A DNA stretch of 64,000 bases from Cyanophora paradoxa CCMP329 (lineage: Eukaryota > Plantae > Glaucophyta), in contig QPMI01000557.1 of assembly GCA_004431415.1 (NCBI GenBank), forward strand, positions 1 to 64,000, given 5' to 3'. This document shows, piece after piece, positions 11,190 through 22,600 of the stretch. A model generated the notes under the pieces. The model ran no database searches. It was not told where the DNA came from and was given only the letters and a program-made list of their open reading frames with translations. The first letter of the stretch is position 1. The number at the start of each line of letters is the position of its first letter. A program made the position numbers and the translations under genes.

Positions 11190-11290
11190 TCGCGATCGCA
11201 TTAATGTCCCCGATCTCGAAATCGCGATCGAAAAGGGTCGCGATCGGGAGAAAATCGCGATCGCCAGGGTCGTGATCGCCGCGATCGCCA
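11190..11290. repeat. Cluster of CGCGATCG palindromic motifs in the element terminal region
   Basis: Copies at 11191, 11223, 11239, 11256, 11271 (variant) and 11280. Confidence 0.8.
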
Positions 11291-11684
11291 GCCTCGGAGG
11301 GGGTACCCCCACAGCTGTTGCGGCGGTTATAAGAACCTCCGCAATCCAAGCGTCACTTCCGAGTCTCGAGCTCTCGGAGTTGACTTTTCGCGTTTGGCCC
11401 ATTGATGGCCCTCTTATATAATTAGCCACGGAATTAGCCCTGCGGGTTACTCTCTCATCCCTAACAGCACGGGTACAGTTAAAGCGCTGTAGGTAGGAGG
11501 TCCGGCGCGCCCGTAGCGTAGAAAGAGCATCGGAGTAGGCTCGGACGCAATGAAGCTTATTTGAGGAAACAAAAACAATTTGATGATAGGGCTGGGACTG
11601 AGCAACTATGGAGGGGAGGAAGGAGGCCAGAGAGCGCTCACGGGGGGATCGGAATCCGTGACATCTGGCGCGGCGAGGTCTGGG

Positions 11685-12672
11685 CTAGACAGAGACAGGG
11701 TGTAAGACGATGCCTCGTCCTCGGGAATCCACCGGCCAGGGGCCCCCGCACTGCGGCCGAAGGATGTGGAGGGGCCGAGGGGCGGCGGCTGGCCCGGGGC
11801 GGGGCAGGAGAGGCGGGCGGAGGGAGAAAGCTGGCGGAAGTTGGCCTGGCAGGGCGTTAGGGGGTGGGAGGGATGGGAGGGAGCGGGGCGGCGGGAGGAG
11901 CGGCGGGTACCTTGCGGATGGAGGGGACGCTGCGGTCTGGGGTCTGGGGCGCCGAGGAGGCCTTCGGGGAGGGCGAGCTGAGGGCGAGGGCCCCCGACGC
12001 CCGCCGTGCCTCAAGCGCCGCTTGCGCTGCCAGCGCCGCCTGGCCCCCCGGCCCCCCTCACCAGACTCAGAGAGCGAAGAGCCCGCCACAGGACGCTCAA
12101 AAAGCGCACCGCCGCGTTCGCAGCAGCTTCTAATAGCGGCCCCGCAAGGCGCAAATCAGCGCGGTCACGTGCGGCAATAGGGACGGGCTGCGGGGCACAG
12201 CGCCGCACGAACCGCTGGCGGCCCCCGCGACGCTTACTGCGGCGACGAGGCTGCGGGACATTGCCTCTTCTCGATCATCGTCGGGCACGACGACCCGCAG
12301 GGACGGGGTGCGGCCCGGCGCCGCGGTCAGCGCGGACATGGTCCGCGCCGCCAGCGACGAGGCCCGCGCGAGCTCCTCGTCCCGGTCGTCCTCCTCCTCG
12401 GGGCGCTGGTACTCGCTTGAGAGGCGCCTGACGAGCCGCAGGCTAAGTGGCGGCGACTCGGGCTCGACGGACGGCGCGTCGTCGGGCAGAGCTCGCGGCG
12501 GGCTCGACAGGACTGGGACGCCAAACGTGTCGAGCCCAGGATCGAGGAAGAGAAGGGGCGGAAGTGCCGCCGTGCGCTCGTACTGCTTCCAGGCAAGCTG
12601 ACGCCCAACAAGACTTGCGAGGCGCTCCTCTGTGCATCGCATTTTCTCGTGAAACTCCTCGGTCAGCGGCAT
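11685..12672 (-). CDS. Hypothetical host protein, multi-exon; 3' end uncertain
   Basis: Protein-like ORF MPLTEEFHEKMRCTEERLASL..., divergent from CEP120. No recognisable domain. Confidence 0.35.
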
Positions 12673-12945
12673 CGCGAAATCGAACTGCCGCCGAACGCGT
12701 ATCCTCTGCTATGGAGCTTCGACGCCGCCGGCGCCGAGTCCCGGCGGAACTCGACCTTTGGTCCTGGTCCTGCAAGGGAGTCGAACCCGGTACCCTCGCC
12801 CTCAGCGCGGGAACGCCAGCGCGTCCAGGCCTGCGAACCGCGCCCAGGCCTGAGAACCGGGCTTAGAGGCGCGGATTTAGTGAACACGCGGCCTGGCAAT
12901 ACGCCTTGCAGCGTACACGCTGCACCGCGGCCTGGCAACAGCGAA

Positions 12946-15900
12946 ATGCCCTCCGACACGCATTCCGGCGGAGGCTATGAGCTCGCCGTCCGGATCATCG
13001 ACGGCCGGAACTTTCCGCGCCTGAAGGGCTCCCGCGCGCTCCAGGTCGCGGCCAAATTCGCTGGCCAGGTCAGATCCCGCGCCGTAGGCCGTCCCATGCC
13101 CTCATGGTCCGCAGATGCGCACGACGCAGTTGCTTTACGCCGGCCAGCCGGGCGCGAACCCGTCGCACACACCTGTCTGGCGCGAGGAGCTGGTGTGGAG
13201 GATATCGGAAAGGGAGCTGCAGGCGGCGAAGGCTAACAGCGCGCACGTCAAGGTGCAGTTCTTCATCGTGGACTCGCCGGCGGGGCCGCAATCGCAACCG
13301 AAAAGCAGCGACGTGCGTGCGGGCGGATGGAACGGGGCGGGCCGGGACGGGACCGACGGGGCGTGCAGGGCCAGCGGACGGCGATCGGGTACGTGGTGCT
13401 GGACCTGCGGCAGGCGCAGTACGGGGAGGCAGAGACGCGGCCGCGCTGGTACCCGCTCCACTCCATCAACACCGCCCTGAAGCTGCCCGTCCCGCCCGAG
13501 GCGCGCATCCAGCACAAGCTCAACGCGACGCCGCACGGGCCAGGGGCGGCGCTTGAGCGCCGCGAGGCGGCTGGGGAAGTCTCGCCGGCACGGCGGCGCT
13601 CGGTGGAGTCGCTGCCGGGGACGGCCGGGGCGAGCTACGAGGGGGAGGAGGGCGGCGAGGCTGGAGGCGAGGAGGAGAACTTCTGCCAGATTGGAGAGGG
13701 CGGGGCGCTCTTCACGCTGACGGTGGCGGTGGCGGCGGCGGAGAACCTCGCCTTCCTCGCCGCGCCGGGCGCCCCGCCCCGCCCGCACGCCCTCGCCGCC
13801 TCCTTCCACGGCGTCGAGGCGCGGCCTCCCGCCCCGCCGGCCCCGCGCGACGTCGCCGGGGCTGAGGAGCGCAGGTCTACCGCTCGGCGGCCTTCGAGGA
13901 GCTGGAGCGGCCGCCGGACTTGACGCGGGAGCCCGGGGGCGCCGCCTGCCGCGTCACTCTCCGCAGCTCGCCCCGCGAGCTCCGCCACTTCTTCCTCGCC
14001 AACCCCGCCCCGCTCCGCTTCTCCCTCCTCCGCCTCCCCCGCCCCGCCGCCCCCGCCGCCGACAGCCCCGGCAAGCCCGGCTCCGGCGGCGACGAGGGCG
14101 AGGAGGAGGTGCGCGGGGCAGACGGGGCGGGCGGGGCGGGCGGGGCGGGGCTGAGGGGCGGGCAGTGCGTGGGGACGGCGGCGGTGGCCCTCGGGGAGGT
14201 GGTGGGCGAGGACCTCGAGCTGCGCGCCTTCCGCGACGTCTTCCTCCTCCGCCCCCCGGCGAGGCGCGCGCAGCCCCCGCCCCGCCCCGCCCCGCCCCGC
14301 GCGATGCGGCGCGCAGGCGGGCGGGGCCGGGCGCTCGGCCCTGGTCCCCTTTGTCGACGCCTTCGTCGCCCTCTCCGCCGGGCCGCCCTCCGCCGCCCCG
14401 GCCCCGCGCCTGCCTCGCCCGGCGGCGGGGCCGCGCGGGGCGCCGGGGCCCTCGTCGGGCCCCGCCGACCGTGAGGCCGAGGAGGGCCTCGCGCAGGCGC
14501 AGGCGGCCGCCTCGCACCGCCGCTCCCCGCCGGCCCCGCCTCCGCCCGCCCCCGCCCCTTCCCTCCCTCTCCCCGCGCGTCTCGACGGCGCGGAGCGCGG
14601 CATCGGGCGGTGCGGGGCGCGGGGCGTGGGCGGCGGGGGAGGAGGCGGAGGAGGCGCGCCACTACCGCTTCGGGGTGGAGCTGCGCGCCCTCGGCGACCT
14701 CCGCCCGCTGCGCACCGAGCGCTCGCCGCCCCTCCTGCGCCTCGCCTGCCGCTACTCCTACCCGGCCCTCGGCGCCCCGGGGCCCGTCTCGACGCCGCCG
14801 GTGGAGCTGCGGGTGGGGCTGGCGGGGGAGGAGGCGGTGCGGGGCGGGTACGCGGCGTTCGAGGTGGCGATGGAGCGGTCGGCGCTGTACGCGACGCTCG
14901 CGGGGAGCCCGCTGCTCGTGGAGGTGGTGCAGGTCGACGGCAGCGCCCGCGACGCCCTCCTCGGGGTCGCCACGCTGCGCCCCAGCGAGCTCCTCAAGGC
15001 CGCCCCCGCCCGCGCCGGCCCCGCCGTCGTCCGCGCCCTCGAGCTCGCCGCCCCCGTCGTTGCCTTCGAGGCCCGCCCCGCCCGCCCCGCCCTGCAGCCG
15101 CCCCCGCCCCGCGGCCGCCCTTGACGGGCGCGCAGGACGAGAGCGTCTGCCGGCGGGTCGCCACCCTGCGGTGCGCCGGCCCCAGCGTGGGTAGCGCGAG
15201 GTCCGACCCCCCCGCAGAGCGGCTCTCACCCTCGAGGACCTCGGGCCCGTGCCCCCCACCGGTCTCCCCGCCGCCCCGCCCGCCCCGCAGCCCATCGCCG
15301 CCCCTCCCGCGCACCCCTCGACGTCCACTGCCCGTGCGTGCGGCGCTCCCGTGCCTGCGGGGGGCGCTGAGGGCGCGCAGCGTCGGGGGCGGGGGCGGGG
15401 CCGGTGGCGGGGACGCCCGGGACGGCGGAGTACCAGGCTGCGTGGGAGCTGGAGATGTGGAAGGTGGGCGTGGCGGGGTGGGGCGGGGCCGGCGGGGCGT
15501 GACGGCGGGCAGGCGGGCGAGGAGGCGAAGTTCCGGGCGGCGCTGAAGGAGCGGGAGGTGGAGCGGATGCGGGCGCTCGAGGAGGAGTGGCGGCGCCGGG
15601 AGCGCGAGCGCGAGGCCGGGGCGCAGCGCCGGGAGAAGGAGCTAGCGGCGCTGGAGGCGCGGCTGAAGCAGGCGGCGTTCGAGCTGGAGAAGCGGGAGCA
15701 GCGGCTCGTGCTCGCCGAGGAGGCCTCCTCCCTCACCCGCGACGCCGCCGTCCGCGAGGCCAACCGCAAGGCGCCCCCGCCCCGCCCGCCCCGCCCCCGC
15801 CCCGCCCACCGCCGAGGCCGGCGCAGGTGCAGGAGGCGCAGGACGGGGCGCGGCGGGTGAAGGAGGAGTTCGCGCACCAGCTGGGCCTCGAGCGCAAGAA

Positions 15901-16597
15901 GCTCGCCGACTTGGACGGGCACTGCCTCGCCCTCCAGCAGCGCCTCAAGGGCGCCGAGGAGCAGGCCCGGCGCGGCGAGGAGGAGCTGGCCGCCGCGCGC
16001 GCCGCCGCCCGCCAGAGCCCCGAGGTGGCGCTGCAGGCGGAGCTCGCCCGCGTGCAGGCCGAGCGCGCCGAGCTCGCGCGCCGCGCCGAGGCGGCGGAGC
16101 GGGCGAAGAAGCACTACAAGGAGCAGCTGGCGCGGTGCCTGCGGGAGCTGGGGCGGATGCGGCGGGCGCTGCAGGCGGAGGCGGCGGGGCGCATGGGGCG
16201 GGAGCGGAGCGAGCTGGAGGCCCTCAAGCTCCAGTACCTCGCCAAGGAGGAGGCGCGCCCGCCCCCGCCCCCGCCCCCGCCCCACGCCGCCTGACGCCGC
16301 GCAGGGCGCCGCCCTGCAGGCCGACCACGCCGCCCTCCGCGAGCTCCGCCGCGAGCTCGCCGTCCGCCCCGCCCGCCCCGCGCCCCCGCCGCCCCTCACA
16401 CCCCACCCCAGGCCCTCCGCGCCGCCCCCGGCCCCGCCCCGGGGCCCGCCCCGCCCCGGCTGACCCCCTGTGCGCCGCCCTGCCTGCGCGCACCGGGGGC
16501 CGGCTGACGCTGCGGCAGGAGCTCTCCGGGGGGCCCGTGGGCGTCCCCGAGCATGCAGAGCCCGCCTCTGCCGCAGAGGCGCGCCGCCCCGCGCCCG

Positions 16598-16628
<31 letters not shown>

Positions 16629-17187
16629 TGACCGGGCGGCAGGGCGCGGGAGGGCGAGATCGCCGACGGGACTCCCCCGCGGGCGGCAAGCGCCGCGCCC
16701 GGGGGCACCAGCTTCGTGCTGACACCGCTCTCGGGAGGGGGATCGCCCCCGGGGCGGCGGCGGCGGCGTGGGCGGGGCGGCCGGCGCTGCGCGACCCGCT
16801 CTTCGCGGACGCCGGCCTGAGCCCGCCGGGCGCGGCCGCCCCGCCGGGGCCGCCCTGCACGGGAGCCCCGGGCAGGAGTCGGCCGGGTGGGCGGCGAGCG
16901 GGGCCGGGGGCGAGGCGGGGCGGCTTGCCGGGGAGCGGGCGGCGCTGCTGGCGACGGGGGCGTACCGGGAGGAGGACGCCGTCATCCAGCGCATCGACCA
17001 GCAGCTCCGCACCGCCCTCGCCGCCCCCACCGCCACCCCGCCCCACCTCCACGCCCCGCCCCGCCCCGCCACCCTCCCCTCCCCGCCCGTCTGCAGCGCT
17101 CCGCAGGGGCCCCCCTCTGCTGCCTCCTCCCCGTCTTCCGTCGCTGCAGGGGTCGGCGTCGCATCGATATCCCCTCCCCGCTCGTAG
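12946..17187 (+). CDS. CEP120: Centrosomal protein CEP120 (C2 domains plus coiled coil), multi-exon
   Basis: VRIIDGRNFP, IGYVVLDLR..RWYPL, EYQAAWELEMWK, MRALEEEWRRRERERE, KKHYKEQ, RAALLATGAYREEDAVI. Confidence 0.9.
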
Positions 17188-17435
17188 CGTTGGGCATCCG
17201 AAGCTCTGGCTTTAATTTTACTTTGAACGTGGCAATCCTGACAGATACAGTGCAGATCTAGTGATGCAGCAGCAGTACTGTAGTTGCTGTTCGACGGTGT
17301 TCGTTCGAGGGGGGTAGAGGTTTCGTTCGCTAGCGGGTAGAGAGTTTTGTGAGCTTGTGGTAGAGGGTTTTGCAATTGCAATTGTGAGCTCGGGGGTGTG
17401 GGCAGCCGCAGCTGCAGACAGCTGTGCTAGTTTCA

Positions 17436-18812
17436 ATGGCGGACGTGGATCGCGCCGCCCTGGCGCAGGTGCTCGCGTCCCGGATGCGTACGTTGCGCCC
17501 CGATTTCTTGCTCCTCGATCGACGGCACGCCCCGCGGAGCTGAAGTGAGCTATACGCACACGCGCAGGCGACCTGGAGGAAGCTGAGGAGCGCCTCCGTG
17601 TGTGCGAGGCGCGCCGCTCACGGCTGGCGACAGAGCTAGAGATGCAGCGCGGCGCCTCATCCAGCTCGGGCTCAGGCGGTGGGCTGGCGTACGCGTGGGG
17701 CGGGTGGTCGGTGATCGGGGGTCGAGACTCGATGGAGGACACGTGGGTGGCCCGAGAGCTGCCGCTGCGGTGCGGCGGCGCGGCGCTCCTGCTTGCGGTC
17801 TTCGACGGCCACGGCGGGGCGGAGGCGGCCGAGCTGTGCGCCGAGCGCCTGCCCGAGCTCCTCGGCGCTGACGGGGACGCCCTCTCCGACCGGCCCGCCG
17901 CCGCCCTCTCCCAGGTCCGCACCCCGGCGCCTCGGCCTCGGCCCACAGCTCCCGCTGCAGCCGGCGCCGGCCCCCGCCGCCTCCGCCTTAAGCTTCGCCG
18001 CGGGCGCGGAAGGGGCGGAGGCGACGGGAGCGCAGGCGCTGGAGGCGCTGCACGAGGAGTTTGTCGCGCGCTTCCCGGAGCGGCCCTCGACGGGCACGAC
18101 CGCGGCCGCGGCGCTTCTGGTGCGGGCGGCGGCCGCGCCACCCCGCCTCGTCGTCGCCAACCTCGGGGTGCCGGCCCCGCCGCCCCCGCCGCCCGCCCCG
18201 CCCCCGCTCAAGCGAGGCAGGACTGCGAGGCGGTCCTCGGGGCGGACGGCGGCGCCACGCCCGTCCTCCTTACGCAGGCCCGCCCCTACGCTGCTGCTAT
18301 GCCCCGCGCCGCCGGGCCGGGTCGAGCGGGGCGCAGGTGCACCGGGGGTCGTCGGAGGGGGAGGCGGCGGGGGTGCGGGGGCGGGGCGGGCGAATCGACG
18401 AATTCGGCTACGTGCGCCTCGGGGAGGGGGACGAGGGGCCCTGCCTCGCCGTCACCCGCGCCATCGGCGACGCCGACTTCGCCCCGGTCCTCTCCCGCGC
18501 CCCGCACCTCGCCGAGCGCGTCCTGGCGCCCGGCGACGCCCTCCTTCTCCTCGCCTCCGACGGCCTCTTCGACGCGCTGCCTCCGCCCCACGCCCTCGCC
18601 GCCGCACGCCTCCTCCTGCAGCCCGGTGCCCGCCCCTCGCCACCGCCCCCGCCTCTCCAGCTCACGCCGCCGCAGCCGGCCAGCCGTGCGGGGGCGCCTC
18701 GAGGGCGGTGGCGGTGGCGTGCGGGGCGCTGTGCCGCGAGGCGGTGGTGCACCGGCTGGCGGACGACAATGTCACCGTCGTCATTCTGGCGCTAGCAGCA
18801 GCTGCGCCCTGA
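17436..18812 (+). CDS. Protein phosphatase 2C (PPM family), multi-exon
   Basis: GGRDSMED, VFDGHGG, GTTA, VANLGD, LAVTRAIGD, LASDGLFD, DNVTVVI. Confidence 0.93.
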
Positions 18813-19631
18813 CGATTGATCCACCTCATAGCTCAACTTAAACAGTGAACGATACGTATACAGCTGGCCAGCTGGCGATACAGGTCACTCCGGTTAGTCG
18901 ATACAGGCGATACAGGTTACCTTAACTTTCTAGGTTAGCTATAGCTATATATATAGCTATAGCTACAGCTAGCGATTGCGAGCTTGAGGTTCAACTTCAA
19001 GTGACTCAGTGACTTGCGATTGCAATTGGCAATACAATCCGATGATCATGTAGTCCGACGGTCTCATGAAGTTCATGCCATGCCATGATGATCGGATGAA
19101 TCGGTGAATTCGAAGTTTCACGGGTCCGACGGTCCGAGTTTTGCGAGGGCCCGGGGCCGCCTCATGATCATTGTCTGAGTCCGACGCCGTGACGGTCCGC
19201 GGTCAGGGCCTACCAAGAATTTTCTTTGCAATTGCCACATCATGGCATTCTTCAAGTTCTAGATCTTCGCCGCCCTGCCGCCGCTCTGAACTTCGGAACG
19301 CGTTGCAGTTGCTGTTGCCAAGTCGCTCGCTGCATCTCAATGCCTTGACTCAGTGATGTCTTCTAATTCCGAAGTTCTAGATCTAGATCTTCTTTCTCCG
19401 TTTCGCCCCGAGAGGGACAGGCCTCGCCGAGGGCTGCCAGGCTGCCATGTACCCCGGCCCAGAGAGGGAATGTACCCCGGCCCCCCCCCCCCTCCGCCCC
19501 CCCCCTCCGCCCCCCCCTCCGCCCCCCCCCCCCTCCGCCGCCCCCCCCCCATCCCCGCCCCCCCCCCCCCCCCCTCCCCTCCCCAAATTGCTGCGCGCTC
19601 GAACTTGAACCCCGCTCATCCGACGGGCGCG

Positions 19632-22600
19632 CTACGAGCTCGAGGCGGGGAACGGGGCGGAGGGGATGGCGGGGGGCGGGCCGGGCCCGGGGGCCCCCTC
19701 CATGTCGGCGAGGAGGCGGCGGAGGGCGTCGGGGGGCAGCGCGATGTACATCCGCTCCCGGCCCCCGGCGCCCCCCGAGCGGGTGCGGATCTGGCGGGGG
19801 GCGGGAGTGAGGGGGGGGCCGGGGGCGGGGGCGGGGGGCCGGGGGCGGGCGGACGAGGTCGTGGTCGCGGAGCTGGGCGAGGTGCGCCTTGAGGGCGAGC
19901 TCCGAGGAGAGGACCATCTGCCCCCGGCACGCCTCCAGCAGCTCGTGCAGCGTCATGCCCCCGCCCTCCCCCCGCTCCAGGCCCTCCTCCCCCAGCAGCT
20001 GCCCCCGCCCCGTCGGCCCCCGCCCCGCCCGCTCCCGCCCGCCCCGCGCACCCGGTACACGCTCCGCGCCACCGGCGTGAGGCTCATCAGCACGACCAGC
20101 GCCGCCCGAAGCTGCGGCGCGCCGTGAGGCGCGGCGGGGCCCAAAGAGGGGCGGGGCGGACGCGGGACTCGGTGCCGCCCTCGCCGGCGGCGCAGATCGC
20201 CCGCGCGAACTCCGTCTCCCGAGTGTACCCCTCCAGTGTGCTCGCCTCTGCGCCGCGTCGGCCCCAGTGGGGCGGGGCGGGGCGGGGCGGGGCGGGGCGG
20301 GGGGGCGCGCCGTGCCAGAGGAAGTTCAGACGGCGCGCCCGCTCGCGGTCCCACACTGCAGCGGGGTCGACAGGGGCGGGGGGCGGGGGGCGCGGCGGGT
20401 CGGACGGAGAGGGGCGGTGACGTGGTCGACGGAGGCGATGAGGTGGGCCCGCGGCAGCGCCGCCAGCGCCGCCAGCGCCTCCTGCGCCTCCGCGCCGCGC
20501 AGCCCCGGCCCGTCGATGTTGTGCACCACTGGGGCCGCGCGTGAGCGGGACGGGGCGCGGGGCGGGGGCGGGAGCACCGAGGTAGAGGGGCGGGGCGGCG
20601 GGGGCGGCGAGGGCGGCGCGGATGGCGGCGAGGTGGGGGGCGGGGCCGCGCCAGGGGAGCTGCAGGCCGAGGGCCTCCTCCGCGAGGGCGGCGAGGGCCT
20701 GGCGCAGGGAGCACGCCGGGGAGTAGCCGAGCAGGACCGCCACCGGGCCGTCGACGCACCGCTGCCCCCGCCTCGCTCGCGCCGCGGCTCCCGGGGGCGG
20801 CGCGGGGGCGGCGCGGGGCGGGGCGCGCCTGCTGGGCGAAGGCGGTGAGGAGGGAGGCCTTGGAGCCGAGGCCGTAGAGGGCGACGCTGAAGCCGCACTT
20901 GAGCTCGAAGAGCCAGCGGTTGAACTGCTGCTCGAGCGCCCCCCGCAGCCGCCCGCGCTCCGCCTCGTGCCCCGCCCCAGCGCCCCCGCCAGCCCCGCCA
21001 GCTCCTGCGCCAGCGTCGGCGGCGCGGCGCGGGGCGGGGCGGGGCGGGGCGGAGCGGGGCGCGCCCGCTCGGGGCCCAGTCGAGGTCGGCGAGGGTGCGC
21101 TCCGAGGTGCGCGGCGGCGGCCCCGCGTTCGCCTCGAAGTAGTCGTCCCCGCCGGGCCCGCCGGCCCCGCCCCACGCCCCGTCTCCCTCCTCCCCGGCCG
21201 TCACGCCCCGCCGCCGGCCGGCGCGCGCCCCGCGCTGGCCCCCGCCTCCGCCTCCGCCTCCGCCTCCGAGCCGCTCCCGCTCCCGCTCGCGCTCGCGCTG
21301 CCGGCCGCCTCGCTGCCCGACGCCGACCCGCTCCCCGACTCGGAGCCGCCCGCCGCGCCGCCCTCCCCCGCATCCGCTTTCGGGGCCCCGGCGCCGGCTT
21401 GGAGGCTGCCGCCTTGGCCGCCTTGGGAGCCGTGCCCGCCGGCTCCTTGGGGGCGCGGGTGCCGGCGGCGCGGCACCAGCGGCGGCGGTGGATGTCGAGG
21501 CCGAGGGCGCTGCGGAACTCGTTGCCGCACGCCCCGCACCGCACCGCCTCCGCCGCCCCCGCGCCGACCCCCGCCCCGCCATCCGCCTCGCTGTTCCGCG
21601 CGCACGCCTTGCTGTGCACCTTGAGGCCCTGCCGCCCACTCGGCGCCGGCACGCGGGGCGGGGCGGGGCGGGGCTCGTGAAAAGGCACCGCAAGCGAGAG
21701 GCAGCGCTGCCCGCACCGCGTGCACTCGAACGACCCCACGCCGCCGACCCGATTCTCCGCCCCGCCGCCCGTCGAGCGTCGCGCCGCTGCCACCGGCGTC
21801 ACGGCGGCGGTGCGAGGCGCGGGGCGCGCAGCACCGTTCGCCTCGCTGCCGCGAGAGCTCGCCTCCGAGGGCGGTTCCTGCGTCGAGTAGAGCTGGCGTG
21901 GCGTGAGGGCGGGGCGGGGTGGGAGGGGAGGGGGCGGGGCGGGCACGGGGGCCGGGGGCCGGCTGTGGCGCTTGCCCTTGGGCGGGGCCCACGCGACGCC
22001 GTCCAGTCCCTCCTCGCGCCACGCCCCCTGCCGCCCACTCGGCCCCAGCGCCCCGGCCGCAGCGCCCCGGCGCCACCCTGCCCCCGCACCTCTTCCTCCT
22101 CCTGCTCCTGCTTCTCCTCCTCCTCCTGCTCCTCCCCCTCCTCGACCTTTCGCGAGGCGCCGGCGGGAGCCGCCGCTCGCGCCCCGCTGCAGCGTGCGCG
22201 GTGCGGGCCGAGGCCCTTTTTGCCGACGAACTGCTTGCCGCAGCCGGGGCAGGGGATGAGGGGCGGGCGGTAAGCTTCGCCGAGCTTGGCCTTCTGCCGC
22301 GCCTCCTGCGCGAGCCGCCGCTTCTCCCGCTGCCGCTCGTTCCTCGCCTCCCGCTTTGCATCCTCCTCGTCCGCCTCCGCCGTGAGCGCCGGCGGCTTCG
22401 GGCTGGGCTTCTTCCGCGGCGGCGCCTCCTCGTCCTTCGCGGCGCTGCTCGCCTCGCTCTCGCTCGAGCTCCCGTCACCGCTCCGGGAGGCGCCCCGGGC
22501 GAGGGCCATGCCTCGCGCCCCGCTGCAGCTTGCGCGGTGCCGCCCGAGGCCCTTTTTGCCGACGAAATCCTTGCCGCAGCCGGGGCACGGGATGAGGGGC

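Larger units (their letters stand above)
1..11455. mobile_element. Endogenous virus-like element (Polinton-like virus/virophage-type or related), right arm; left part outside window
   Basis: Densely packed, apparently intron-less ORFs with 20-40 bp spacers and a recurrent AAAATG start context (3275, 6490, 7233, 8397, 10945). Contains phage-type fibre domains, an HNH gene and terminal repeat modules. Architecture differs from the intron-rich host genes. Candidate end ...TTACTCTCT near 11455. No MCP, ATPase, integrase or polymerase visible in this part. Confidence 0.75.

Noticed and set aside
11191-11290. GCGATCGC as cyanobacterial HIP1, implying cyanobacterial origin
   Set aside because: The motif is confined to one 100-bp cluster rather than spread through the genes as HIP1 would be.
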